Shown: in pieces, positions 9,586 to 19,123 of the stretch
How positions within the stretch are numbered: position 1 is the stretch's first letter
Layout: every line of letters begins with the position of its first letter
Origin: a virus
Lineage: Duplodnaviria; Caudoviricetes
Strand: one strand, 5' to 3'
Virus record (IMG/VR): IMGVR_UViG_3300047508_000210
Span: 1-50,043 of that record
Length of the DNA stretch: 50,043 nucleotides
Made by a program: the position numbers and the translations under genes
The notes under the pieces: generated by a model
Told to the model about the DNA's origin: nothing
Databases searched by the model: none
The model's input: the letters and a program-made list of their open reading frames with translations, nothing else

Positions 9586-10212
9586 GTGAAGAAACTTCTC
9601 CTCACCACAGCGATTGTGCTGGGGCTTTGTGCCCCAGCCTTCGCTCAGAGCGTCAACTTCGTCCCGCAGGTCGGAACGATTAACGCCATCGTTAAACAAA
9701 ACACCTACTCCGCATCAGGCGTGTTGATGGTGCCAGCAGCATCTGCCACCGATCTCATTTGCCTGAATGGCTCAACCTCCAAGAACGTATCCCTCAAAGA
9801 GATCATCGTCTCTGGATCAGCCGGTACCGCCATCACCACCCCGATCTTGGTTAATCTAAACCACAGCCTCGATACGGGTGGTACCGCCAACACCGGCCTT
9901 GCGTTGCCAGTGGCGGTGCCCCTAGTCACCACCAACCCAGCGGCCACCGCAACCCTAACCTCCTACAGCGCCAACCCGACCGTCAACGATGCCACCCCGA
10001 ACCTCCTCGCGGTGTTCTCGCCAACCTTCGCAGTCACAACCACGGCACAGCCAATCACCATCTTCCCCGGCTCTACCGCGATTGACTGGTTTGCGCAGGG
10101 CTTTGACATCCTCAAAGCCGGGACGGTTGTCCAGCAAATCTGCCTCAACCTCGATGGGAAAACCATCTCAACGGGTTTGATCAACGTTACCATGATCTGG
10201 ACGGAGAACTGA
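9586..10212 (+). CDS. Beta-rich protein with Sec signal peptide (putative capsid decoration)
   Basis: AAGGAG then GTG 9586; MKKLLLTTAIVLGLCAPAFA|Q; 2 mature Cys. Confidence 0.75.
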   Translation: MKKLLLTTAIVLGLCAPAFAQSVNFVPQVGTINAIVKQNTYSASGVLMVPAASATDLICLNGSTSKNVSLKEIIVSGSAGTAITTPILVNLNHSLDTGGTANTGLALPVAVPLVTTNPAATATLTSYSANPTVNDATPNLLAVFSPTFAVTTTAQPITIFPGSTAIDWFAQGFDILKAGTVVQQICLNLDGKTISTGLINVTMIWTEN

Positions 10213-10215
10213 ACC

Positions 10216-10770
10216 ATGGCCCGATGGAGACTATCAACCTCCCACTACCTCCGCGTTGTGGAGAAGTGGGAATGGGAATACAAGCAGGTCAATCGCAAAA
10301 CCGGGCGTGAGGATCGCAAGCGGATGGAAGTGCCGCGGTTTCTCGACATCAACGATCCGGCTGATTGGACGGTGAAACCCGAAGGCGTCAGCACCGCCCA
10401 CGGTGGTAACATGGACGACGTCGCCGGTATCATCATCGTCTGCCACGAAGGTAAGGGCGATCCTGCCGATGTCGAGTTCATCGGCGAACCAACGCCTGAA
10501 ATGATCCCGATCGACGACGAGGCCCGTGCCATCACCGCGACCTTTGAGGAAAAGTGGCGCTACAAACCCGAAGGCATGGAAATCTCCCACTCCCAATCCA
10601 TGATCGACAGGTTTGAAACCGATATGGCTGAGCTTAAGGATCGCGCCTCGATCCCGCAGCAAATGGTCATCCCGGGGCTCGAGGATTTGGTCAAGGCCAT
10701 GACCATCCTCACTACCAACCAAGCCGTGATGATGGAGAAGCTCTCCAAACCAACCCCTCGGTTAGGATAA
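10216..10770 (+). CDS. Hypothetical protein
   Basis: 184 aa ORF with RBS (GGAG), in operon. Confidence 0.75.
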   Translation: MARWRLSTSHYLRVVEKWEWEYKQVNRKTGREDRKRMEVPRFLDINDPADWTVKPEGVSTAHGGNMDDVAGIIIVCHEGKGDPADVEFIGEPTPEMIPIDDEARAITATFEEKWRYKPEGMEISHSQSMIDRFETDMAELKDRASIPQQMVIPGLEDLVKAMTILTTNQAVMMEKLSKPTPRLG

Positions 10771-10774
10771 CGCC

Positions 10775-11182
10775 ATGCCCTCCGCTTTCGACGTAGCGCC
10801 GGTAGGCCCCACTTCAGGTGGCAAAGTCTACGCGTTTAACAACCTCGGTACTACGCCGGAAGTGGTGGCTCCGGCCAATCCTGCTCGAGCCTCGATCCGA
10901 TTCGATAACCAAGGAACGGTGGATGTCATCATCTTTCCTTGTAACGTCCAAGCCCTGAACCCAAGTTGGGTTGCGACCAGTACACTCCAAGGCGGGGTGA
11001 GCGGGAGTGTTAATCTCTCCAACGTCGCCCTCTCGCCCAATACCACCACACTTGGTGGTGGTTATCGCATCTTCGCCAATGGTGGCTTCATCATCTTCGC
11101 CGGTGAATGTCAGGGCTCCTTCCAAGCCCTTGCAATTACTGGCTCGGGCAATCCTCTCACAGTCACGGACTCGAACACGTGA
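10775..11182 (+). CDS. Beta-rich putative structural protein (no signal peptide)
   Basis: AGGA RBS; ANPAR.SI.F.N.G strand pattern. Confidence 0.7.
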   Translation: MPSAFDVAPVGPTSGGKVYAFNNLGTTPEVVAPANPARASIRFDNQGTVDVIIFPCNVQALNPSWVATSTLQGGVSGSVNLSNVALSPNTTTLGGGYRIFANGGFIIFAGECQGSFQALAITGSGNPLTVTDSNT

Positions 11183-13347
11183 GAAAGCTTCTTTTAATTC
11201 TAGCTCTCCTATGGGCTGTTTCAGCAACGGCCCAACAGCAGGTATTCTGTCCAACCCGCCCGCCGGGTGATAATACCAATGCCTGTGCTAGCACCGCATT
11301 CGTGCAGGCTGCGGGTGGTGGTGGAGGTGGAGGAAGTCTTAGCGTTACGGATGGGACCCATACAGTTACCGGCACAACGGCCCTAACCTTCTCCGGTCCG
11401 GTGACAGTCTCCGGTTCAACCCCCAACGCCACAGTCACAGTCTCGCCCGGGGCGGTCACCATCACCAACAACTCCACCGCCGTCTCCGGTTTCACCAACG
11501 GCGATGTCCTCACCAACAACGGCTCCGTCGTCACCCAATCCAGCCCAACGATCACCGTCAACGGCACCAACTGCACGCTCGGGGCTTCTTGCTCCCCCAC
11601 CAATCCCACCTCCGCCAACATCCCCAACGCCTCTGGCTCGGCCGCCTTCACCGCGGGTTCCATCTCCGCGACATCCCACACCCTCACTCTCTCCGCGGCC
11701 CAAGACTTCACCAATGGTCAAGGCATCCGCATCAACCACGCAGGCGCGGCCTTCACCCTCAACCCACCCACAGGCGGGACCGTCACCCCTCTCGGCGCTG
11801 CGGGCTCAACCACTTACCAATACAAAATCGCCTCTGTCGACGCAGCGGGTGGGATAGGCGCAGTCACCGCCAGCTTCCAAACCACCGTTGCCCCGGCAAC
11901 TCTATCAAACCAAAACGCCAATCTCCTCAACTGGACAGCCCCGGCCTCGGGCACTCCCCCAACCGCCTATGCGATTTACAAAAATATCTCCGGGACCTAC
12001 ACCCTCGTAGGCTTGGCGGACTCCCTCCTTGAATGGGCCGACGAGGGCCTAACCGGCTTCCCATTCTGCGACTGGCTCCCAGCCACAGCCCCGGCCAGTC
12101 CGCTTGCCGATGCCCTTACCACCACCATCTCCGCGGGTGGCGGGACTACAAGCCTAACCCTCGCCGCCGCAGCCACAACCACTGCTAGTAACCAAGGCGT
12201 CTACCACGACGACTCAGCCGCGATTCAAGCGGCGTTGAATGTATCTGGAGTCCACCAAGTCACCGCCCCAACTGGCACATTCTACGTCGACACCAATTCC
12301 AACATCCCTACCGGCGTTCAATTCTCCGGCCAACGTTACGGTACCACTTTCAAAACCGTCTTCCCCAACCAGTCCGCCTTCTCAATCGGCGGCAATGCCT
12401 TCCTCAACGGAGCATTCTCCGACGCAATCTTCCAACTCGTCCCAGACAGTAAGGCTGTGAATCTAGTCAGCCCGGCAAATGCCAGGGTCAATGACATCTG
12501 GTGTCAGGGCGGTTCCACTGGTTGGGTTGCTACCCCCGCCTGTGTCTACACCACCGGCGGCGGTGCTGATATAACCATAGCCCACCTTATCATGGACGGC
12601 TGGGGCGGGGCGGTCAGCAATCTCGCCATACCAACCGGCGGCGATGTCCCGACCATCACCATGGATGGCACGGGTGAGGTGCTAGGCATCAACATCTCCG
12701 ATGTAATCATGACCAACGATTCCAGCGTTGGCACACTCAGCACCTACATCGCGTTTAATGATTGTTTCAACTGCAACCTCTCCACCGCTGTCCTCAATGC
12801 GAACTTTGGCGCCTCAGGCTCGGACATCTTCGGCACAGCGGGTGTTGGTGTTATCAACGGCAGTCAAGCGGTTCATATAAGCAACATCCAAACCTTGGGC
12901 TTTGATACAAACATCGTAATGGGCGGCACTGGCTCTGCCCCACTCCAGATGGATGTGACCGGTAGCCATTTCGACTTCTGCGGAACGGATTGCATCAACC
13001 TCTCCACCGGGAGTTGGGTGACGATCACCGGCAATACCTTTGATGGTGAAGGTAATTCCCCGTGGCTACTAGTTGGCAACCACGGCATCCACACTTCAGG
13101 CTCATTCACAGCAGGCCCAAATACAATCACCGGCAATGCCATCAAAGACTTCTCTGGTTCCGGCTCAAGCGCTATCCAGTTCACTTCCGCGATGAACGAT
13201 ACCATCGTCGGCGCTAATGCCATGACAAGCAATGCCACGGACGTCTCTGGCGGTACCGGTGGCACAGGCTCAGCCATCGGCCAGAATTGCTCCGGATCGC
13301 CCACCGGCAGCTTCTCCTCTCGTAACGGAATTGTGGGGCATTGCTAA
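11179..13347 (+). CDS. Tailspike-like protein with signal peptide, FN3/Ig-like domain and right-handed beta-helix
   Basis: GTGA-coupled start; MRKLLLILALLWAVSATA|Q; DDSAAIQAALN...P.GTFYV beta-helix cap; ITGN repeats. Confidence 0.8.
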   Translation: MRKLLLILALLWAVSATAQQQVFCPTRPPGDNTNACASTAFVQAAGGGGGGGSLSVTDGTHTVTGTTALTFSGPVTVSGSTPNATVTVSPGAVTITNNSTAVSGFTNGDVLTNNGSVVTQSSPTITVNGTNCTLGASCSPTNPTSANIPNASGSAAFTAGSISATSHTLTLSAAQDFTNGQGIRINHAGAAFTLNPPTGGTVTPLGAAGSTTYQYKIASVDAAGGIGAVTASFQTTVAPATLSNQNANLLNWTAPASGTPPTAYAIYKNISGTYTLVGLADSLLEWADEGLTGFPFCDWLPATAPASPLADALTTTISAGGGTTSLTLAAAATTTASNQGVYHDDSAAIQAALNVSGVHQVTAPTGTFYVDTNSNIPTGVQFSGQRYGTTFKTVFPNQSAFSIGGNAFLNGAFSDAIFQLVPDSKAVNLVSPANARVNDIWCQGGSTGWVATPACVYTTGGGADITIAHLIMDGWGGAVSNLAIPTGGDVPTITMDGTGEVLGINISDVIMTNDSSVGTLSTYIAFNDCFNCNLSTAVLNANFGASGSDIFGTAGVGVINGSQAVHISNIQTLGFDTNIVMGGTGSAPLQMDVTGSHFDFCGTDCINLSTGSWVTITGNTFDGEGNSPWLLVGNHGIHTSGSFTAGPNTITGNAIKDFSGSGSSAIQFTSAMNDTIVGANAMTSNATDVSGGTGGTGSAIGQNCSGSPTGSFSSRNGIVGHC

Positions 13348-16300
13348 TGCGCCGTTTACTCATAGCTCTATGCATCTGGCTACTAGCTGGTGCACCCGTC
13401 TGGGCGCAGTTCAACGGCCAGTCCGGCATCTACGCGCTGAATCATATGTGGTTCAGCATCATGGCGCAGAACCTAACCGTCGCCACACCAGGCTCTGGTT
13501 ATGCCACCAACGACACCGTCACCCTCGATTGCCCCGATACCAATATCTTCCAAACCCCGCATACAACCCGTCCAGTAGTCACTTGGAACGGAAGTTCATG
13601 GACCCTCACCAATCCCGGCGTTTCAACCTCCATCCCATCAACCGGACTAGCTGGGGGCAATAACGGAACCTGTGTCTTAACTCAATTCGCAACATCGGGT
13701 ACGGGTTCAGGCGTTAGTTTCAACGCCACCTTTGGTTTCAACGCCGCATCGTTGAACGGTAGCAACTCGGGTGGGGGAGGTGGAGGTAGTGGCATTACCA
13801 TCGGCACCACCACCATCACCGGCGGAGTTAACGGCGAGTGTATATACGACAACTCCGGAGTTGCTGGGGTTATAACCTGCGGCGGCGGGGGAGGTGGTTC
13901 AGTCACGGTCTATGCCACGCATGCCGCGTTGATCGCAGGGACCACAACGCTAGGAACGGGGCCAATAGTACAACAGGGTTTTACGGCTACGGGCGATGGC
14001 GGTCAGGCGGTTTATCAGCCGAACGCCTCATCCTATTGCCCCGGCGGGTCATCAGGCTCGCCAACCGCCGCTGACGGACTCACCTGTATTCTTCCTTCTG
14101 GGCAAAGCGCTAGCACGGCTGGCCGATACCTTCTACAAGTGTCCGGCGAGATTGATGTTCGTGTGGTGGGAATGCAGCCCGGAGGGCAGGATAATAGTCC
14201 GTACGTTGCGGCATTACTAGCTGCGGCCGGTCCTGTGCTTAATAATGGCCCCGGTCCGGTCTTTGTTTTCCCTCCACTTCTTGGTTTAAACTATACATAC
14301 TGGTATTTCTCCAGTCAGCTCACTGCTTCTGTTGGGGGACAATTTGATTGTCGCGGGCACGTATCGGAGCAGTCTGGCGCGTCTGTGCTGGTCTTTGCCC
14401 CAGGTACTAACGGAGTCGTGCAGGCTAATACCGGAGGGACAGGCCAGACTGATATAAGCCGTTGCACAATCACATCTCTCGGTGGAGGAACCGCTGCAAA
14501 CCCGACCTTCGGGTCGAGCACTATAAATAACGTTAGCTTAAACGGCCTTCTCGGGGGAATTTTCACCTTCCCATCAGCCTGCACTCCGGTCGGCGGGCAA
14601 TGCACCTTTGGTGTTGGCGATGGGGTCATCATGGCTTCTCAAAGCGCCATGATGACTGCTCCTGGCGCGTATGTGAGTGCGGTGTCTGGGCGGACGCTAA
14701 CCCTAGCATCTCCTTACACCATCCTAGCTACGGCAGCGGCCATTCCAACGAGAATTTTCGATCTTCCCGTGAGTCAAAAATACACCATCCAAACAACAAC
14801 TGGCAGCAATTCAGCGACCGTAACCGCAGGTCCGCGTCCCTTGGAACCGGGGGATATGCTCTGGTCCGACGCCTTCCTGTTCGGGGCGACCGTGCTTACC
14901 GTGAGCAATTCGACCGCTTTTCCCCAAACAATCACCGTGTTCGATGTAACGATGACGAGCCACGCTAATGCGCTGGTTACTCACACCGGCGGGTCTCCGG
15001 GACAAATGTGGATAGCCCCGGCCGGGGTGGAAAGACAGGTGCAGGGTTCCTTGCATCAAGATGCAGTAACATTTTTCCCGTTTGAACTAAGATTGTCTTG
15101 TTCAGCCTCCACCGTTCCCGCGGGTGGATGCAACGGAAGCTTTGACCAAGAGAATAGCTTACAGTTTGGACTGATTGGCCGATTAACTCGTGGCGATAAC
15201 ACGGGTGGCAGCACTATTATTAGCAACGTGTACGCGCAGAATGCGCTTATGGACGAAGTGGAGGCGGGAACAATCGGAAGCACTTATGTTGGCGAAGAGG
15301 ACAATAGCCAAGATAGCGGCACGTCGGCATATGGGACAATAACTTTCTGCACCGGAACTAGCGCAACAACATACATCGGATCATACCTATCTGGTCAAAG
15401 TCCTAACGCTGTCTGCCTGGGACTTGATGCGCAAAGCAATCCATCGATTGTTGCGACGCCCGTAAATGGGCAGGCGGCCTTGTTTCTTGGGCCGCTGTTT
15501 GGTTCGCCCCCGCCGTCAATTGTCGGGGGTGAGATGACGGGGGCTTGGAGTTTCCAAGGCCCAAGCACTGCAACCGTGGTGGCCACCACCCCAACCGCTT
15601 CCGGTACTGTGATCGCTGTTCCGACTACTATTCAGGTGCAAAACGGGACCAAAATTACTGATCTCACTAACGCGGTTATTCCAGTTAATACGACCATCGT
15701 ATCACACGCTGTTAATACGGTAACTTTATCAAACGCACTAACGGGTGGGGGTATTCTTACCAATGATATTATTCAATATTCGAGTGATGGTGTTGGAAAC
15801 CCCTCTATCCACATAAACGGTGGTATTGGGGCTAATGCGGGGGTATCGTTTGATCCCAATACATCATCCTTGTATAATCTTCTCATGCAGTTTGATGGGT
15901 ATGTAGGTTCATGGGATTTCGGCGCCATGCGCTTTGGCGGATTGCTTTACCAAGGTTATAACCCAGGTGGCGTATCGAACTTTATAGTGCTGCCTGGCGG
16001 GGCCACGATTGGGAATAACTCCGAAGATTTTACCGGGATGGAGAGGCTTCTTGACGGTGGCAGTGTCCAGCCAACTGATCCCACGCATCTTCAGGGTGAT
16101 ACGCGGATAAATAGCAAGCCTTTGCCTGGGGGGAATCTGGCTTGGACAGACGCAGCATCGTTCTCCACGTCGCTAACCGCGAATGTTACTGCCGGCGTGA
16201 CGACTTCGGTTGCGGTTGCGGCTTGTCCCTCGCCATCGCTTCCGGCTGGTACGCCGATTGTCGCGTATCAGAACTACCAGATTTCAGGACTGGTAGTCTT

Positions 16301-16724
16301 GGATCAGCCTTTGGGAACGCTATCTTCATGCTCCGGTACGACCCTGACATTCCAAGCCGCTGCGGCTTATAATAGTCTAAGCAGCACTGTGATCCGGTTC
16401 TTGCAATGGCAGAAAGCGGGGATAATTCAGGACGGCATTCCGAGTATTTCGTCTTGCGGTACCGGAACGCCGACCGTAACAGCGGGGTCGAATAATATCG
16501 GCGGTCAGTTCACTATGGGGACTGGAACGCCAACCGCCTGCACAATTCTATTCGCTCACGCTTACCCGAACGTTGGCTTTTGTACCGTGACCCCAGTGTC
16601 TTCCGGCGGTGCGGCTATTACGGGTGGCTATTACCTTTCTACTGCGAATAACACCGGGTTTGTGTTGACGTTGGGAACCGGCACTTCTAGTCTTGTATTC
16701 GACTACACCTGTACGGGTAACTAA
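13347..16724 (+). CDS. Large tailspike/fibre-like protein with signal peptide (1125 aa)
   Basis: TAATG-coupled; MRRLLIALCIWLLAGAPVWA|Q; GF...GDGG spike neck motif; 20 mature Cys; C-terminal beta-sandwich. Confidence 0.8.
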   Translation: MRRLLIALCIWLLAGAPVWAQFNGQSGIYALNHMWFSIMAQNLTVATPGSGYATNDTVTLDCPDTNIFQTPHTTRPVVTWNGSSWTLTNPGVSTSIPSTGLAGGNNGTCVLTQFATSGTGSGVSFNATFGFNAASLNGSNSGGGGGGSGITIGTTTITGGVNGECIYDNSGVAGVITCGGGGGGSVTVYATHAALIAGTTTLGTGPIVQQGFTATGDGGQAVYQPNASSYCPGGSSGSPTAADGLTCILPSGQSASTAGRYLLQVSGEIDVRVVGMQPGGQDNSPYVAALLAAAGPVLNNGPGPVFVFPPLLGLNYTYWYFSSQLTASVGGQFDCRGHVSEQSGASVLVFAPGTNGVVQANTGGTGQTDISRCTITSLGGGTAANPTFGSSTINNVSLNGLLGGIFTFPSACTPVGGQCTFGVGDGVIMASQSAMMTAPGAYVSAVSGRTLTLASPYTILATAAAIPTRIFDLPVSQKYTIQTTTGSNSATVTAGPRPLEPGDMLWSDAFLFGATVLTVSNSTAFPQTITVFDVTMTSHANALVTHTGGSPGQMWIAPAGVERQVQGSLHQDAVTFFPFELRLSCSASTVPAGGCNGSFDQENSLQFGLIGRLTRGDNTGGSTIISNVYAQNALMDEVEAGTIGSTYVGEEDNSQDSGTSAYGTITFCTGTSATTYIGSYLSGQSPNAVCLGLDAQSNPSIVATPVNGQAALFLGPLFGSPPPSIVGGEMTGAWSFQGPSTATVVATTPTASGTVIAVPTTIQVQNGTKITDLTNAVIPVNTTIVSHAVNTVTLSNALTGGGILTNDIIQYSSDGVGNPSIHINGGIGANAGVSFDPNTSSLYNLLMQFDGYVGSWDFGAMRFGGLLYQGYNPGGVSNFIVLPGGATIGNNSEDFTGMERLLDGGSVQPTDPTHLQGDTRINSKPLPGGNLAWTDAASFSTSLTANVTAGVTTSVAVAACPSPSLPAGTPIVAYQNYQISGLVVLDQPLGTLSSCSGTTLTFQAAAAYNSLSSTVIRFLQWQKAGIIQDGIPSISSCGTGTPTVTAGSNNIGGQFTMGTGTPTACTILFAHAYPNVGFCTVTPVSSGGAAITGGYYLSTANNTGFVLTLGTGTSSLVFDYTCTGN

Positions 16725-16798
16725 TGCAAATCTCCCTCGGACGCAGGCGTTCCGAGCGAGCGCAGTTCCTCACGCCTGATAAGGCAAGCTCAACATGA
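16724..16798 (+). pseudogene. Internally deleted endolysin (GH24 lysozyme-like) remnant, 24 codons
   Basis: MQISLGRRRSERAQFLTPDKASST*; coupled TAATG upstream and ATGA downstream; precedes holin-like gene. Confidence 0.65.
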
Positions 16799-17082
16799 TT
16801 TCAACCAAACAAATCGGCACGGTGGTCATGATATCGATGGCGGTCCTTGCTGCGGTTTCGCAAGGAGCCATTCATCTTCCACTCGGTGTCCCGGAGTCTT
16901 GGGGACCATACATCCAATCATGGTCGGCCTCGATTATAGCGCTTTATACTATCATCAACCCGTTCCTGCCCGCGGGGGTTTTTGGCCCACTAGCCCCACC
17001 ACCGCAACAGCAGACGTTGACCAAAGACACCGCCGTCATCGCCCCAGCAGGAACGCAAGTCACAAAGGAGACGAATAAGTAA
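16795..17082 (+). CDS. Holin-like membrane protein
   Basis: Two hydrophobic segments; adjacent to lysozyme remnant. Confidence 0.55.
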   Translation: MISTKQIGTVVMISMAVLAAVSQGAIHLPLGVPESWGPYIQSWSASIIALYTIINPFLPAGVFGPLAPPPQQQTLTKDTAVIAPAGTQVTKETNK

Positions 17083-17128
17083 TGCCCAATGGACAATCAA
17101 CCGCAGCAGGAAAGTAAGGAGAAAGCTC

Positions 17129-17476
17129 ATGGGTTTCAATTTCGGACAACTGTTCAATGCCGTTACCAACGCCGCGTCGAGTGGCAATCTGGCATCCACC
17201 ATCAACGCCGTCTCTGGCCTACAGGCTGCGCTTGGTACCAGCCAAGCGACCTTGGTCCAGGCGCAGATGTACCTAACCAATGCCCGTCTAGCACAGGCGC
17301 AGAAGGACCAAGCGGCGTGGCTTGCTGCGTGTAATGGCCTTGTCGCCATGACTGCGGCCCTCCCGGTGAATGACGCGCCCCTTGTTGGCGAACTCGGCGG
17401 GCTATTCAATAACCCCGACATGGCTGCGGATGTCATCGCCCGCATCCAAGCCTCACTTCTAAACCACAACTTCTAA
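17129..17476 (+). CDS. Hypothetical Ala-rich helical protein
   Basis: AAGGAG RBS; 115 aa. Confidence 0.7.
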   Translation: MGFNFGQLFNAVTNAASSGNLASTINAVSGLQAALGTSQATLVQAQMYLTNARLAQAQKDQAAWLAACNGLVAMTAALPVNDAPLVGELGGLFNNPDMAADVIARIQASLLNHNF

Positions 17477-17706
17477 TGCACGCAGCGGTTATAGTGACTG
17501 TCATCGCGTGGTTGTTGACGGGGAACAATCTTGCCAACACCATCGATGCAGTCACAGCTGTTGTTCAGATATACCAAGGAGTTCACAATGCCCAGCAAAA
17601 CGCCAGCGCAAGCAAAGCTTATGCGAGCCGCAGCCCATACCAAAGGGGGATTTGGTGGAGTGCCCCAGAAGGTGGGCAGAGAGTTCACCATGGCCGACAA
17701 GGCTAA
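17476..17706 (+). CDS. Hypothetical membrane-anchored protein
   Basis: TAATG-coupled; hydrophobic N-terminus; overlaps next gene out of frame. Confidence 0.45.
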   Translation: MHAAVIVTVIAWLLTGNNLANTIDAVTAVVQIYQGVHNAQQNASASKAYASRSPYQRGIWWSAPEGGQRVHHGRQG

Positions 17707-17737
17707 GCGGCCGATGAAAAAGAAAGGAGGTAAGTGA
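17588..17737 (+). CDS. Small basic phage protein (MPSK..AQA.LM.AAAH type)
   Basis: AAGGAG RBS; 49 aa Lys-rich; motif familiar from phage late regions. Confidence 0.7.
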   Translation: MPSKTPAQAKLMRAAAHTKGGFGGVPQKVGREFTMADKAKRPMKKKGGK

Positions 17738-17934
17738 TGGTTGAGGCAATCATACGGGCGCTGCTCTATGTCTGCGGTATCGTCCTGTGCTACTTCCTCA
17801 TCATCTGGGTGCTAGGCGAGATTGGCATAGCCATCCCGGTGATGGTTGCGCATATCATCTTGGTGATGTTGGTTTTGGTGTGTATCTTGGTTTTATACCG
17901 ACTGTTTAGTCCGTGGTTTGGTAGCTTACCATGA
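17734..17934 (+). CDS. Small two-TM membrane protein
   Basis: AGGAGG RBS; two long hydrophobic helices. Confidence 0.75.
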   Translation: MMVEAIIRALLYVCGIVLCYFLIIWVLGEIGIAIPVMVAHIILVMLVLVCILVLYRLFSPWFGSLP

Positions 17935-18332
17935 GCGAGACAGATAGTGTAGCAGGACAGGGTGAGGCTTCCAGCGCGGCAATTGGCAATATTGCCCGGG
18001 ATATGCGGGCAATCTTACTCGAACTCCGCGAAGTCACCCGCTATATGAAAGAAGCCGAAACCGAAGTTCCTGAACGAGTGCGGCGGTTTATCATGTACTT
18101 CCACGACGTACATGATATGCAGAACCTATATAACGAACTCGGCCTTACCCCGCCGCTACATATTCGCCAAGAAATCGAGCGATGTGCCGATCGATTCAAA
18201 CACATCCTCGAGGATATGTACGACACCGACAAACACGGCGGGTTCGAGCGAGTTCGCCAAGATATGACAGAGCGTGGGGGTAATCGGTATGATTGGACCC
18301 ACGCCCTCGCCAAACCGGAGAAGGGATCATGA
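17931..18332 (+). CDS. Hypothetical protein
   Basis: ATGA-coupled 133 aa ORF. Confidence 0.7.
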   Translation: MSETDSVAGQGEASSAAIGNIARDMRAILLELREVTRYMKEAETEVPERVRRFIMYFHDVHDMQNLYNELGLTPPLHIRQEIERCADRFKHILEDMYDTDKHGGFERVRQDMTERGGNRYDWTHALAKPEKGS

Positions 18333-18529
18333 AGCAAGGACGAGCGAGTTCGTCGGGTATGGCTTCGACCAAGGTCGAGCCAGTATCCAAGGGTGTGAAC
18401 CCAGCTAAGGTAGCAATGATCGGCGTTCATCAGGTGGTTACACGAGCCCCATCTGATGGCGGGCGTGGGTATAAGGCCCCGATGGCGGCGGCCTCAACCC
18501 ACAAATGCGGCTCGCAAGGGAAACACTGA
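18329..18529 (+). CDS. Small basic disordered protein (66 aa, ends QGKH)
   Basis: ATGA-coupled start at 18329. Confidence 0.65.
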   Translation: MKQGRASSSGMASTKVEPVSKGVNPAKVAMIGVHQVVTRAPSDGGRGYKAPMAAASTHKCGSQGKH

Positions 18530-18530
18530 C

Positions 18531-18875
18531 ATGGATGGGAATGAAGTCTATCAGGCGCTATTGCTTCGAAAGGAGCTTCTCGGTTTGCCACACTTGGCAC
18601 ACCTCAACGCACTCGCCGAGGGAAATCTACAGGAGCTTAATCTCAAGGCCAAGGACGAAGCCGAGAAGATGGCCGAGGCCCGCAAGAAGCGGGAACAGGA
18701 TGAGGTTAATCGTATCGCCAAGGAGAAGTTTGACCTGGAAGCTGCTGAGAAGCGAGCGGCTGCGGTTCGCCCCGAAGGCCAGCCTGCGCAGAGGTATGGC
18801 GATGTCCCAACCCCCGGCCCGGGTGGCATTCAGCCCCGTGCCATCCCATCCAACGAGGTGAAACCAAATGGCTAA
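18531..18875 (+). CDS. Hypothetical coiled-coil protein
   Basis: ATG just after previous stop; charged helix and Pro-rich tail. Confidence 0.7.
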   Translation: MDGNEVYQALLLRKELLGLPHLAHLNALAEGNLQELNLKAKDEAEKMAEARKKREQDEVNRIAKEKFDLEAAEKRAAAVRPEGQPAQRYGDVPTPGPGGIQPRAIPSNEVKPNG

Positions 18876-19068
18876 GGATATCCTCTCCATGTACGGCAGC
18901 GATGCCAGCAGCGCTACCAAGCAGGTTGCCCGCGCAGATTGCGGTGGCTATTGCCCGCCCAAGGAACTACCCTACTCCCCGCCGGTAGGGCCCAAAGGAC
19001 AGATGGAGAAAGGACCGGGACTCCATGGCACCAACCACGGTAACGCCGTCAACCAAGGGCGACACTAA
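18868..19068 (+). CDS. Small disordered protein (66 aa, ends QGRH)
   Basis: GAGGTG RBS. Confidence 0.7.
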   Translation: MAKDILSMYGSDASSATKQVARADCGGYCPPKELPYSPPVGPKGQMEKGPGLHGTNHGNAVNQGRH

Positions 19069-19123
19069 CGGTATCCCTTGGTTCCCAACCAACTACTATC
19101 TCGCACAGCAATTGGAGAAGATC

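Noticed and set aside
11179-16724. BPP-1-type diversity-generating retroelement
   Set aside because: No reverse transcriptase motifs and no TR/VR repeat pair seen
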